A DNA stretch of 64,000 bases, from contig DAOULB010000002.1 of assembly GCA_034420695.1 (NCBI GenBank), positions 7,817 to 71,816 on the forward strand. The letters are read 5' to 3'. The position numbers and the translations under genes were made by a program. The stretch comes from Dehalococcoidia bacterium. GTDB taxonomy: Bacteria > Chloroflexota > Dehalococcoidia > Lucifugimonadales > UBA3495. Of the stretch, positions 17,228 to 27,290 are shown piece after piece (position 1 is the first letter of the stretch; each line of letters begins with the position of its first letter). The notes under the pieces were generated by a model that was not told the DNA's origin, ran no database searches, and worked only from the letters and a program-made list of their open reading frames with translations.

Positions 17228-18421
17228 TGGCAGAGGGAGGCTATATAGTTATTACAAGCAGGACAATCATTGAGCTTTCCATGCGCTGCCCGGGATGGAT
17301 GCTGGACGTGGCATGCAAACAACCGCACGAAGACCGACCTGCCGTCTATGGCCCTTGTCCAGGTCGCTCCTCGCCTATTCAAGCAGGTTGCGCAAGACCT
17401 CCTTCCCGGGCGTTTTGTCTACATCCACAAACGGTCCCGCTGGTGTAGACCGGTCCCGTCGCACCCCTTCTTCAGCTTCGCCCGGGGGCGTTCCTTGGGT
17501 CTCGTAATTGAGTGAGATGCCATGATCTTTGACCCCCACCCCATTGCCGGAACTGAAGCGGCCCATGGGGATAAGCCTACCTCGAAACGGGCCGCCACCC
17601 CATCATCCCCATCCTCCAATTGCTGCTGCTGGGGCCATCGGACCTTCATTTTAGCCCCAATATACGCCAAAATCAAACGGCTGTCCTTGGGCTTGTGTCG
17701 ATTTTCTCCTCAATAGAGCACTATACGACGAAATAGATGCAAATATGGCACTTATTATTGAATTTATGAATTATCTCTATTCGTATATCTACTATAAGAG
17801 CCCAGTAGGGTGAGAGAGAGACCTGTTGCGGCGCGGCAATATATTCAGACCAATGATAATTTGGCAATTCCCAGACCTGGATTTTGGAGCGTCACCGAGG
17901 GAAAACAGCCGGTTGACGGATATTCAAGACGGGCCTACAAGGTATGGTACGACGAAATTCTGCCGCTGAAGGGATGGAGGCCAAAGAGCCGTGGGAAGTG
18001 CAATCGTCATCGCTGGGTTGTTACCGACCGTAATGGATTTGTTCGCCTGTTGGGAGCACTCCAAGCCATTAAGCCGGGTGTATTCCCAGAGGGCTGGCAC
18101 CGGCGGCTCCGGCAACAGACTAAACGGGGACTTCACCCCATCCCGGTCGTCTGCTTGGCCTGTTGCCCCCGTGACCAAGCCATTTGTCAGAGGCTCGGCG
18201 GTTACGCCGTCTCGGCCTCCAACCGCACCCGGCACGACGGCATTGCCGGGCCCGGGCCGAGGGTGCCGCACACCAGAAAACGCGGCCTCCTGGCCTGTTT
18301 CAGGTCCATCCCCATGGACCCTCCAGGACCGGTTTTCACCACCTGCACTTGGGCATATGGTCCCTAAGGGAACGGCCCTGAACGGCACTAGCTTAACATT
18401 CAGCCCTAGAGGAGAAGACCG

Positions 18422-18628
18422 ATGAATATGGATGACATGAGACTCATGAGGCGGGAAGAGGTAATCATGCTATGCGGATTCTCCAGGAGCACTATGTACA
18501 ATTTGATCGGGCAGGGGCAGTTTCCCGGGCCGGTGCGGATCGGCGCCAGGTCCGTAGCTTGGCGTAAGTCGGAGGTGGTGGCATGGTTGGCGGAGCGGCC
18601 CCCAGCTTCGGAAGCGTCGGATCTGTGA
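18422..18628 (+). CDS. AlpA-family phage/ICE regulatory protein (excisionase-like HTH), 68 aa
   Basis: LMRREEVIMLCGFSRSTMYNLIGQGQFPGPVRIGARSVAWRKSEVVAWL follows the AlpA/Xis pattern (srstiy..i..g.FP.p..lg.r.v.W...ev..Wl). Confidence 0.8.
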   Translation: MNMDDMRLMRREEVIMLCGFSRSTMYNLIGQGQFPGPVRIGARSVAWRKSEVVAWLAERPPASEASDL

Positions 18629-18699
18629 AAGTCTGGGGCACCGTTGTCGTTGCTTTGCGGTCCAGTCAGTAGCCGACAAACGATTGGAAGTGGCGATCA

Positions 18700-19567
18700 A
18701 TGAAGATATTACCCCTGACCACGGGGCAGCAGGCGTTGGCTATCCGGTCCAAGGTGCAGTTGCCCAGGACGACGCCTTCGACAAATTTGCGCCGGTCTAA
18801 TGTCTGGAACTAGACGAATCGAGGATTTAGGTGAACCCCGATTGAAGTGGTGGGGCAGGAACTGCGCACAGGCAGAGTGTAAGGTGTAGTTGGCGGGAAG
18901 TGTGCGATTAATTGCCAGTTGAACGCCTCTCAGTAGAACCGGAAGGGGAGCTTTTCGCGGGGCGCGCCGGCCGGATCGGGGTTACAGACAGTGACAACCG
19001 CCCTTCGTCGCGGAGTCCTCTGGGTGCTGTGCATTGGCCCGCAGCGGAAAGATCTCTCCCAGGGTACGGCAACCGGACGATCCTCCCCGGCCGGGCCAGC
19101 GTTGGAACCTGTAAGAAAAACATTCCAAGTGCTGCAGAAGGACCCGGACGGCAGATACGACACCATTGATTCCGCCATAATCCGGGCCCACTAGCAGGCA
19201 ACCTGTAGCAGGAGGGCCAAGTTGAAGATCCGGGCCGCTCTCCCTGAGCCTGTCGAAGAGGACGGACTGAACGCCAAGGTTCATACCTTAATTGACGCCC
19301 AGGGGCTCCCGCTACGTTTCTCTCTTAGTGTTGGCATAGGGGGATGTTTTGCAAGACATGCCCTTGCTGACCGGTATGGGGCCTGTGCTGCCGCCGCCTA
19401 CAATAACGTATGAAAACAACCGGTACCTGACTTCTATAAGGGCCAACGCGGCGAAGCGGTCATATGCCGCCCAAATCAAACCTGAGAGACCCCTGGAACA
19501 CGTCCGGGAACAGAATAAGCAACGAAACCTTTGTGGACGAGTCTCCAACAAACTGAATCAGTGGTGA
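18700..19567 (+). pseudogene. Decayed IS5-family DDE transposase with multiple frameshifts
   Basis: The pieces lie in three frames:
- LPLTTGQQALAIRS (18700s)
- GVLWVLCIGPQRKDL...DTIDSAIIRAH (18991-19194)
- AKVHTLIDAQGLPLRFSLSVG (19222-19413)
- YENNRYL...QNKQRNLCGRVSNKLNQW (to 19567)

Together they follow the IS5/IS427-type order. Confidence 0.6.
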
Positions 19568-19990
19568 AGAAAAGCAACCGGAGTCGATTCTCCCCGGGTG
19601 TCTCTCTAATCCTCTTTGGGCAATTTGGCTCTCCGAGAGTTAAGATTCATTGCCTAGAAGCACATCTGTGTCTCATCTGATCCTGAAGAGGTTCAACATC
19701 TAGACTCCAACTAGGCCCTGATGCTAGTGTGAGTGTTGACGATTGAAAAGGATCGGCGTTGTCCGGCCCACCGCGCAGAATAGTCCAAGTTAGTCCGGCA
19801 TGTTCCAGTTCAGCGTGTGGGAGTATGTGTGGGAAAATCACGAAGTTCGAGAGTTTGTCCTTCATTCTAGCTACCAATTGCGGGCAGTTAAAAAGTCACT
19901 CTCTCCGCCAATTTAACCTCCACTAGCGTTCTTATTCTGCTTCCTTTTTCTGCTTCACATCGGGAAACACAGGGCTGGGGATTAGGACCG

Positions 19991-20260
19991 ATGCCGTATC
20001 TTGTCGGGTTGGCTGTCGTCGTTGCGTTGGCAGTGGCGTTATGGATGTGGTTCGGCGGGGGAAATACCCGGCGTGCAAGGGGCACCGACCTTACAGAGTT
20101 GCGTCAAGCGGAAAACAAGGTCAAAGTTTCCGACCCGATTCTACGCAGAGACATCGACATTTTGGAACGATATGGCTCTGACCTGTTAAAAGACGCGATA
20201 GAATTGCGACGCGCCCAAATACTGCAGGGAGGACACCCAGACAGCCCGCCCTCTGGATAG
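19991..20260 (+). CDS. Small membrane-anchored hypothetical protein (89 aa)
   Basis: N-terminal hydrophobic helix LVGLAVVVALAVALWMWF followed by a charged helical region. AGGA lies just upstream of the ATG. No family recognised. Confidence 0.4.
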   Translation: MPYLVGLAVVVALAVALWMWFGGGNTRRARGTDLTELRQAENKVKVSDPILRRDIDILERYGSDLLKDAIELRRAQILQGGHPDSPPSG

Positions 20261-20624
20261 GAGGGCCAAAATCAAATGCAAAGAACAGGCCACGGAGCCC
20301 TGGAAATTCACGGCCACGTCGCCCCCGGGTTACGACCTCCGGATTATGGGCCTCGCTTGGGGAAGCCACGCCAGCTGGACCCTGACAGTTGGACAGAATC
20401 AGGTCCGTGTTGAGTGAGATTCACGGGGGCTGGCATCGCCAGACCCGTTCATAGGAACCCAAGTACCAATCCAAAACAACTCAGATGCCCTTGCTGCGAC
20501 GGCCGGGTGTCTGAGTTGCGCGGCTGTAACACGTCGGCGCTGGTTCTAGCAGCCATTACGAGGCCAGTGCTCATTTAATCAAGAAGATTTTTGGTTTTGT
20601 TCAGTTTGGTTGGGGTAGAGAGAG

Positions 20625-22364
20625 TCAGGGGCTGCCCTGGACTTGAACCGTGACGATATCCACGCCGTGGAACTTCTGGTGGCGGACGGCAGAGGCGTGG
20701 TAGCGCAACAGCCGAAGGGAAATATCGTCGACTGTTGGCACGGCGTCTTCGTCGGTCAGATACGCCAGTTGGTCCTCGATGTTCTCTTGACGCGTCGTTG
20801 CGACGAACTCCAATTCCACCATCTTGCCCTGCGGCCGGGCGACGACGATAAGGCGCGGACTGTCGGAACCCTCTATGCCGTCATCCTGTGACAGCAGGCT
20901 GGCGAGAGTCTCTTCCCCGGCTGACCGCAGCCTCAGCGTGGATGCTTCGTTCCACGCCAGCCGGGACGCCAGTCGAGCGAGAAATTCATCGATCGCCTGA
21001 AGCGAGGACATGTCCAGCGTGACTTCAAGCCGCGAGCGGCGGGTGCTCATCGCTTCGAGCAGGAGGGTCATCCCGATGGCAACGACGGCGCCGATGGTGA
21101 CGCCATTGCCGAGCAGTGCGCCCAATTCATCGCCAAAGATGTCCTTTGTGACCGGATGACCGTGGAGGCCCAAGCCCAACGCACTGGCGAGCGCGACTAC
21201 CAGCATCCGCCGCGAATCGAGACCGTCGCGCAAGACCGTCTGGCAACCGCTGACGAAGAGGATGCCCATGGCAAGCATCAGGTAGGTGCCCAACACAGGC
21301 CCCGGGATGGTCAGCAGCAGGGCGGTGAATTTTGAAAAGAGGGCCAGCGCCACGGTGACGATGGCCACTCCAACGCCAACTCGACGGGCGGCAACGCCGG
21401 TGAGGTTGATGAGGGAGAGACTGTATGAGGAGTTGGCCATAGTGGGCAGGGTCCCGGCGACGCCGGCGAGCAACATCCCGACCCCGTTGACGCTGACCAT
21501 GCCCTGTATCTGGCGGAAGTCGATTGCCCGCGGGCGCCGGCGGGACCCCTGCTGGATCACCACGCCGTCACTGATGGTCTTGATCCCGAGCACCAGGGTG
21601 AGAATCGCGAAGGAGGGCAGGAGTCCCCAGAACTCAGTGCTCGGAGTGAGTTCGAAGCTCAAGTCCGGCACCTCGGGGATGCCAAACCAACCGGCGGCGG
21701 CGATCCGGCCCGCATCGAGCACACCATATGGGGCAGCAACGGCACATCCGGCCAGGATGCTGATGAAAGGAGCGACCAAGCGCCAACGTCCGCTGGCGCG
21801 TAACGTTACAATCACGGAAACCAGCAGGGTAACTCCGGCTATCACCGGGCCGGCGGCCGGTGAGGTGCCGGCCGGCAGGTCCCGGACGCTGTCGAAGGCT
21901 ATCGGCAGCACGCTGACGGCGATCAGCATTGTCACGGTACCGGAGACAACCGGCGTGATGATTCGACGCAGCGTCGGCAGCCACCAGGCCAGCGCTACCT
22001 GGACCAGGCTGCAAACGACCATCAGGCTGGCGAAGGTCGATATCCCGGCTATGGATACTGCCGTTACCATGATCGCGATGAACATCGCGGCGGGCCAGGC
22101 GAGCACGATGTGACCGGCGCCGAATCGCCACGCTTGAGACGCTTGCAATGCGGTGATCGCGGCACAGATGAGCATCGCGGTGAAGACGCCCCAAATCAGG
22201 TAGCTGTCATCGAGTCCCGAGGAGCGAATCGCGATGGAGACATTGAGCACCGTGGGCGCGAGCACCAGCGCGGAACCCTGAAACCCGACGACCAATGCCA
22301 TCCACGGAGAGCAGGCTTCCCCGGGTTCAAACCGGATGGGCTGTTCGGCGTTACTGGCAGTCAA
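20625..22364 (-). CDS. NCS2/xanthine-uracil-permease-like transporter with an extra cytosolic C-terminal domain of about 140 aa (579 aa)
   Basis: About 12-14 hydrophobic segments and a GFQGSALVLAPTV-type first helix reminiscent of the GlQH motif region of NCS2 carriers. A soluble tail starts near RLEVTLDMSSLQAIDEFL. Confidence 0.6.
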   Translation of the reverse strand: MTASNAEQPIRFEPGEACSPWMALVVGFQGSALVLAPTVLNVSIAIRSSGLDDSYLIWGVFTAMLICAAITALQASQAWRFGAGHIVLAWPAAMFIAIMVTAVSIAGISTFASLMVVCSLVQVALAWWLPTLRRIITPVVSGTVTMLIAVSVLPIAFDSVRDLPAGTSPAAGPVIAGVTLLVSVIVTLRASGRWRLVAPFISILAGCAVAAPYGVLDAGRIAAAGWFGIPEVPDLSFELTPSTEFWGLLPSFAILTLVLGIKTISDGVVIQQGSRRRPRAIDFRQIQGMVSVNGVGMLLAGVAGTLPTMANSSYSLSLINLTGVAARRVGVGVAIVTVALALFSKFTALLLTIPGPVLGTYLMLAMGILFVSGCQTVLRDGLDSRRMLVVALASALGLGLHGHPVTKDIFGDELGALLGNGVTIGAVVAIGMTLLLEAMSTRRSRLEVTLDMSSLQAIDEFLARLASRLAWNEASTLRLRSAGEETLASLLSQDDGIEGSDSPRLIVVARPQGKMVELEFVATTRQENIEDQLAYLTDEDAVPTVDDISLRLLRYHASAVRHQKFHGVDIVTVQVQGSP

Positions 22365-22641
22365 TTGCGAAGGATTCCATAGGGCAATTCAGTGGGCTAC
22401 TCCGCTCCTTGGTTACCAGGGGTCAGGAGCCACCGGCGGTCAGGAGTTGCCAAGAGCGCCCAGTCGTTCCAGCAGGCCTACGCCCACGGGACAACGCTGC
22501 GGCACAGGTCTTTGAGTCTGTCCCGGAATTGGGACATGGTAGGGGAGACCGCCGTTGAGGGTAGAGGGTAGGTGTAATTTCCTTCCCACTGGCTTCGCGC
22601 CGGCCGGCGTTCCCAGTGCACTAAGCGAAGGGCCGGCCAGC

Positions 22642-23655
22642 CTAGGGCCCGGCTTGCCATCGTAGCAGGCTGGAGTCTTCCAGCACCGAGGGATTCACGC
22701 AGGACATGGGCCAGCGGCCCCGCAACACCAAGGCGATTTCCCTTCCCACACGGACCCTGGAACCCTCCTCATACCTGGAAGACGCCGAAGCCACATGGGC
22801 GGAAAGGGTCACGTTCTCCAAGCTAAGCAGGGGGTTGTTGGGATCGGGGGGCTCCATTTCCAGCACGTCCAGGGCGGCGTGACCGATCCACCCTTCCTGC
22901 AAGGCCTTGGTCATGGCTTCCTCGTCCACGGTGGCGCCCCGGCCGGTGTTGACGAAGATTGCTTGGGGTTTCATCGCCCGGAACTGTTCCTCACCGATCA
23001 TTTTCCTGGTGCCGCCGGTGCCGGGAAGATGGTTGGAGATGATATCCGAACGCTGCAGGAGTTCGGTCAACCCCACGGGTTCCACGCCGTATTGGACCAT
23101 CACGGTCTCCCTGACGAAAGGGTCGTAGGCTAGGATGTGGACGCCGAAGGGCTTCAATAATGGCACGATGGCCCTGGCGATGTTCCCGAAAGAGATCAGC
23201 CCCAGAGTCTGCCCGTACAGCCGGGGCAACCGGCACAGGGCTGGACGTCCCTCGGCCCAACGGTCCTCCCTGACCATCTTGTCGACAATCAGCAGCCGCC
23301 GGTGAGCGCCCAGGATAAGGGCCACCGCGTGTTCGGCCACCTCCTGGACAAAGGTGTCGGGGCAATTAGTCACCGGGATGCCCTTGGCAGTAGCGGCCGG
23401 GAGATCAACGAAATCTGTGCCTACGCTGGCCAATGCGATGATTTTGCACTTCCCCAGTTCGTTGATCACTCTCGGAGAAACGGGCATGTCCCTGCCTATG
23501 ATGGCGTCCGCGTCACTGGCTCCTTCCAGGAACTCATCGTCCGACGCGGCGGGAACTTCGATAATTTCGAAATCGAGGCCCTGCAGCCCCTCTGTCTCGT
23601 ACTTGTAGCCGCCGGTGAGGTTGGGATTTCCCTGAGCCACTATCTTGTATGTCAT
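22642..23655 (-). CDS. D-isomer-specific 2-hydroxyacid dehydrogenase family protein
   Basis: GLISFGNIARAIVPLLKPFGVHILAYDP (NAD-binding fold), NTGRGATVDEEAM, AALDVLEMEP, SAHVAS. Start moved to ATG 23655 (MTYKIV..., AGGGAG RBS) instead of the track's 23778. Confidence 0.85.
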   Translation of the reverse strand: MTYKIVAQGNPNLTGGYKYETEGLQGLDFEIIEVPAASDDEFLEGASDADAIIGRDMPVSPRVINELGKCKIIALASVGTDFVDLPAATAKGIPVTNCPDTFVQEVAEHAVALILGAHRRLLIVDKMVREDRWAEGRPALCRLPRLYGQTLGLISFGNIARAIVPLLKPFGVHILAYDPFVRETVMVQYGVEPVGLTELLQRSDIISNHLPGTGGTRKMIGEEQFRAMKPQAIFVNTGRGATVDEEAMTKALQEGWIGHAALDVLEMEPPDPNNPLLSLENVTLSAHVASASSRYEEGSRVRVGREIALVLRGRWPMSCVNPSVLEDSSLLRWQAGP

Positions 23656-23908
23656 CGCTTTGGCTCCCTGGCTTCGATTGAGGATCGGTGGGATATATCG
23701 TTCTTCCTGGGAACGAGGCTGACCCCAGCTTATGCCAAGGCACAGCAAGTGTCCAGAAAAACGACGTGAAGGTGTCATCTGGAGAGAGTGCGGGGAAGAA
23801 CCCCTGAAGGACTAAAGAAGATGGGTCGGATTTATTCCCCTTGCCGGTCCATTCCCGCCGGAAAGGGTCTCCCAAACCGGCCGGGGAGAAGCCGCCTTCG
23901 GGGTGTAT

Positions 23909-24619
23909 TCATGCTTGGCAGCACACCGACCGGCAGGAGCGCAGGCCGTAGAAGCAGCTTACACAGAAGCAGACCAGGCGTTCCCTGATATTTGAGAAAC
24001 CGTCATCATGCTCATCCTCATGACCCGCAAAGTTCTCCCTCGCCTCCTTGAGGAAGAAGGGGACCAGGACCAAGGCCGCCACTGGGTCGGCCCACCACCA
24101 GGAGAACAGGCTGTTGAGGCCCAGTCCCACCAAGATGGCGAAGTCCTGAAGGTCGCAGAACAGGCTCTCCATGGCTTCCGCCCTCAACGAGTGGGACTGC
24201 ATGCGAGTGGCGATACGCATTTTGCCCACGTAGAGAACCGCCATCACGACAGCGCTTGCTACTACAATGGCAACGCCCGCAAGGCTCGGTTGCGGCTCGG
24301 GCAGAAATCCGAGAAGGCTTGCCCCGGAATGGAGGACGACGTATGCCGCTAGGAGGAAGAAGGTGAGCCCCAACAGCCTCTGGGCCCTTCTCTCCGCACC
24401 TTCGGCCTCTTCTTCGTCACCTTCCATAGTCAACCGCCAAACCAGGACCCCGCCGGCAAGTAGTTCGATGATGCTGTCCAGTCCGAAGGCCAGGATAGCT
24501 ACGCTTCCGGCTTGGAAGCCAGCCCAGAAAGCAACCACCGCCTCCACCAAGTTCCATAGCAGGCCGGCGAGGACCAGTACAAGAGCCGTTCTTCGAAGGG
24601 TGGTCAGATCATGCGCCAA
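23909..24619 (-). CDS. Cation-diffusion-facilitator-like membrane protein (transmembrane domain only) with a Cys-rich tail
   Basis: Six hydrophobic segments. FGLDSIIELLAG and WWADPVAALV resemble the CDF TM2/TM5 metal-site helices. The C-terminus is RLVCFCVSCFYGLRSCRSVCCQA. Confidence 0.6.
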   Translation of the reverse strand: MAHDLTTLRRTALVLVLAGLLWNLVEAVVAFWAGFQAGSVAILAFGLDSIIELLAGGVLVWRLTMEGDEEEAEGAERRAQRLLGLTFFLLAAYVVLHSGASLLGFLPEPQPSLAGVAIVVASAVVMAVLYVGKMRIATRMQSHSLRAEAMESLFCDLQDFAILVGLGLNSLFSWWWADPVAALVLVPFFLKEARENFAGHEDEHDDGFSNIRERLVCFCVSCFYGLRSCRSVCCQA

Positions 24620-24656
24620 CCTGTATTCCTCCTTCCTTCACCTGGCGATCCTTCAT

Positions 24657-25034
24657 CTAGCTACAGCCGGGATAAGTTCGAACTGTTGGGATCAGTTGAA
24701 GAGGGGATTGGACCGGCGTGGAAACTGTATCAGTCAACCAGCCGTATTGAAGCCAAGTGAGTATAACGCCATTTCCCAAAAAGATGTACACATGATACTT
24801 GTCAGCGACACTTAGGGCTGAACTCTTCGGTAGTGTCCGGGCCTGCCCTTTGATAACATCCGGGCCCATTTGATAGAATCGGTACGGCCCCCAAAGGACA
24901 ATCCCAGGTTTAAGGGTGACGCAGGTATAACCCCAACGGCCCGCTGCTCTAAAACTGGGGGTGACTCCGCCCAGGTTTCCAAGGGGAAACAGGTTGGGAT
25001 TCTCGGAATGGTAGTAGTTGATTCCGGGGTCCAT
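24657..25034 (-). CDS. hypothetical protein (125 aa) in a locally lower-GC segment
   Basis: ATG ORF with balanced, aromatic-rich composition (YYHSENPNLFPLGNLGG...WGPYRFYQMGPD). No obvious RBS and no recognised family. Confidence 0.35.
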   Translation of the reverse strand: MDPGINYYHSENPNLFPLGNLGGVTPSFRAAGRWGYTCVTLKPGIVLWGPYRFYQMGPDVIKGQARTLPKSSALSVADKYHVYIFLGNGVILTWLQYGWLTDTVSTPVQSPLQLIPTVRTYPGCS

Positions 25035-25101
25035 TAGACAATCGAACTACCGGTAGGCGGGCCAGGCCGGGTCTGAAAGGAATTTCCCAGGAGATTAGAA
25101 A

Positions 25102-25527
<426 letters not shown>

Positions 25528-25546
25528 GGGCTGCTCCCAGCGGTTA

Positions 25547-25567
25547 GAGGGGCCGTTGCGGCCCCTC
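25547..25567. terminator. GC-rich hairpin between convergent genes (possible bidirectional terminator)
   Basis: GAGGGGCC-gttgc-GGCCCCTC forms a perfect 8-bp stem, followed by cgcTTTc. It lies between the stop at 25527 (+) and the stop at 25672 (-). Further GGGCCC-type hairpins follow. Confidence 0.45.
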
Positions 25568-25671
25568 CGCTTTCAAAGGGGCCCGTTCATGAGGGCCCGC
25601 TTCCCATAGGGCGCCCCTCTTCCACAGGGGGCCCTTATCCAAGAGGGTCCTTACTTCAGGGGTAAACGGCT

Positions 25672-26490
25672 TCAGTAGTAAACGGCGTTTCCGACGCCGC
25701 CGTTGGCAACAATCAATTCGCCGGTGACTGCCCAGCCCTGTTCCGATGCAAGAAACGCGGTCAGGTAGGCGATTTCCATAGCATCTACCATCTTGCACAT
25801 GGCGTTGCCCCGGGGGGAGCCGGGGGCAAAGTCTTGCGCTTCAACCTCTTCCGGGGTAATGCCCAGTTCCCGGGCCCTATCCGCCAGCATCACGGCCGTC
25901 CTTTCGGTGCGTGTCGTGCCGGGGTGGATGCAGTTCACGGTGATCCCGAAGTGCCCCACTTGGTTGGAAAGAGTCTTGGTCAGGTGGACCAAGGACACGT
26001 TCCGGGCGCCGCCGCTGAGATTGCCGGCGTTCCTGGCGTTGCCGCCGCTGATGTTGATGATGCGCCCCCAACCTTGCTCCTTCAAAAAGGGGATGGCTGC
26101 CCTGGCGCACCGCAACGCTCCTACGAACTTCACGTCGAAGTCGTCCATCAGGGCGTCATCGTCCACCGTCTCGATGGGGCCGACGGCGTTGGGGGACCCG
26201 CCGGGAAGTGAAGCGCTGTTCACCAGGACGTGAAGCCCGCCCAGCTGAGCGGCGGCCTCGGCCATGACCCGGTCGACTTGGTCCTTCTTGGTTACGTCCA
26301 GCACCATCGGAATTATTCGCTTTCCGGTCTCGTCCTCCAGTTCCCTGGCCGACTGCTCCAGTGCTTCCTTGGTGCGGGAGGCTATGACTACATCGCACCC
26401 TTCGTTGGCCAAGACCCTGGCGATGGCCTTGCCAATGCCGCGGCTCCCTCCTCCCACGAAGGCGTTCTTTCCGCTAAGTCCAAAATCCAT
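25672..26490 (-). CDS. SDR-family oxidoreductase
   Basis: GGGSRGIGKAIA (TGxxxGxG-type) and NSAS motifs. Start moved to ATG 26490 (MDFGLSGK, GAGGAG RBS). Confidence 0.85.
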   Translation of the reverse strand: MDFGLSGKNAFVGGGSRGIGKAIARVLANEGCDVVIASRTKEALEQSARELEDETGKRIIPMVLDVTKKDQVDRVMAEAAAQLGGLHVLVNSASLPGGSPNAVGPIETVDDDALMDDFDVKFVGALRCARAAIPFLKEQGWGRIINISGGNARNAGNLSGGARNVSLVHLTKTLSNQVGHFGITVNCIHPGTTRTERTAVMLADRARELGITPEEVEAQDFAPGSPRGNAMCKMVDAMEIAYLTAFLASEQGWAVTGELIVANGGVGNAVYY

Positions 26491-26867
26491 TTGCTTTGAC
26501 TCCTCGGCTGTCTGACGGCATTCCGGTTTTCTGGAGAAGTGCTGACGGCTGCGGCCCCGAATACCATTAACCAACAACCAACCGCTAGATTTGCAAGCTG
26601 TGGTGCAGGCATTTTACACAACGCTCTTATGGCGGGCAAACGAGGCGGCGGGTAAACGAGGCCTCGCCCTTGATCATTGTGGCGTCCGGAATTCACCGGA
26701 GCCCGCGTGTGGCATGGCAGGGGCTCGCTTTGGCCAGATTTGGGGCCAGGCAAAATGCCTTGACACCCCCAAAGGCATTGTGATACTTTTCACTTCGCCT
26801 TAGACAAGCCTGTTTTCGGACGGGCTTTTTAGCTTGGATTTGAATCTGACGAGGCGCCTCTCCCGGA

Positions 26868-27164
26868 ATGTTTGACGATCCCAAGGCCTTGACTACCGCC
26901 GACTGGCAGAACATTCATATCTGGCTTCAGTGGCTTTGGATTTACCTTCCTCTTATCGTTACTTTCGTGGTCACCATGGTCATTGCCCACGCTTTTCTTC
27001 CATCCTTGGTAATTACAGGCCATCTGCCGGAATCGGTGCTCCGTTTGCGTATCCCTTTGACGGGGTTTGCGCTGGTGGTGTTTGCGGCGGCGATGGTGAT
27101 GTTGGTCTTGGCGATTAATCAAACGCTGACCGTCAAGAACTTTTGGGACAGGTTCCTGTTCTAA
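26868..27164 (+). CDS. Small integral membrane protein (98 aa), unknown function
   Basis: Three hydrophobic segments. It lies directly upstream of the ACIII cluster. Confidence 0.4.
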   Translation: MFDDPKALTTADWQNIHIWLQWLWIYLPLIVTFVVTMVIAHAFLPSLVITGHLPESVLRLRIPLTGFALVVFAAAMVMLVLAINQTLTVKNFWDRFLF

Positions 27165-27290
27165 TTTTCGATGAGTAATTTCTTGGCCACCGGAAAGGCC
27201 GCCATGCTATTTACTGCCTCACACCCTGCAACTTCTTTCCGCGCGGAGCGCCCGCTTGGAATGAGGCAGGGCAGAGGGAGGCGGGCCTAA

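Noticed and set aside
22365-22641. Possible purine riboswitch upstream of the NCS2-like permease
   Set aside because: The leader lacks the conserved purine-riboswitch junction sequences (UAUAAU...CUACC-type core) as far as I can see. An Rfam scan would settle it.
22642-23778. N-terminal extensions proposed by the longest-ORF track. Examples: 23778 vs 23655; 26577 vs 26490; 42207 vs 42144; 42243 vs 42336; 44021 vs 43853; 46452 vs 46383; 58658 vs 58604; 63376 vs 63304.
   Set aside because: In each case an internal ATG with a purine-rich RBS starts exactly where the conserved family N-terminus begins. The extra residues are Arg/Pro-rich and overlap neighbouring features.
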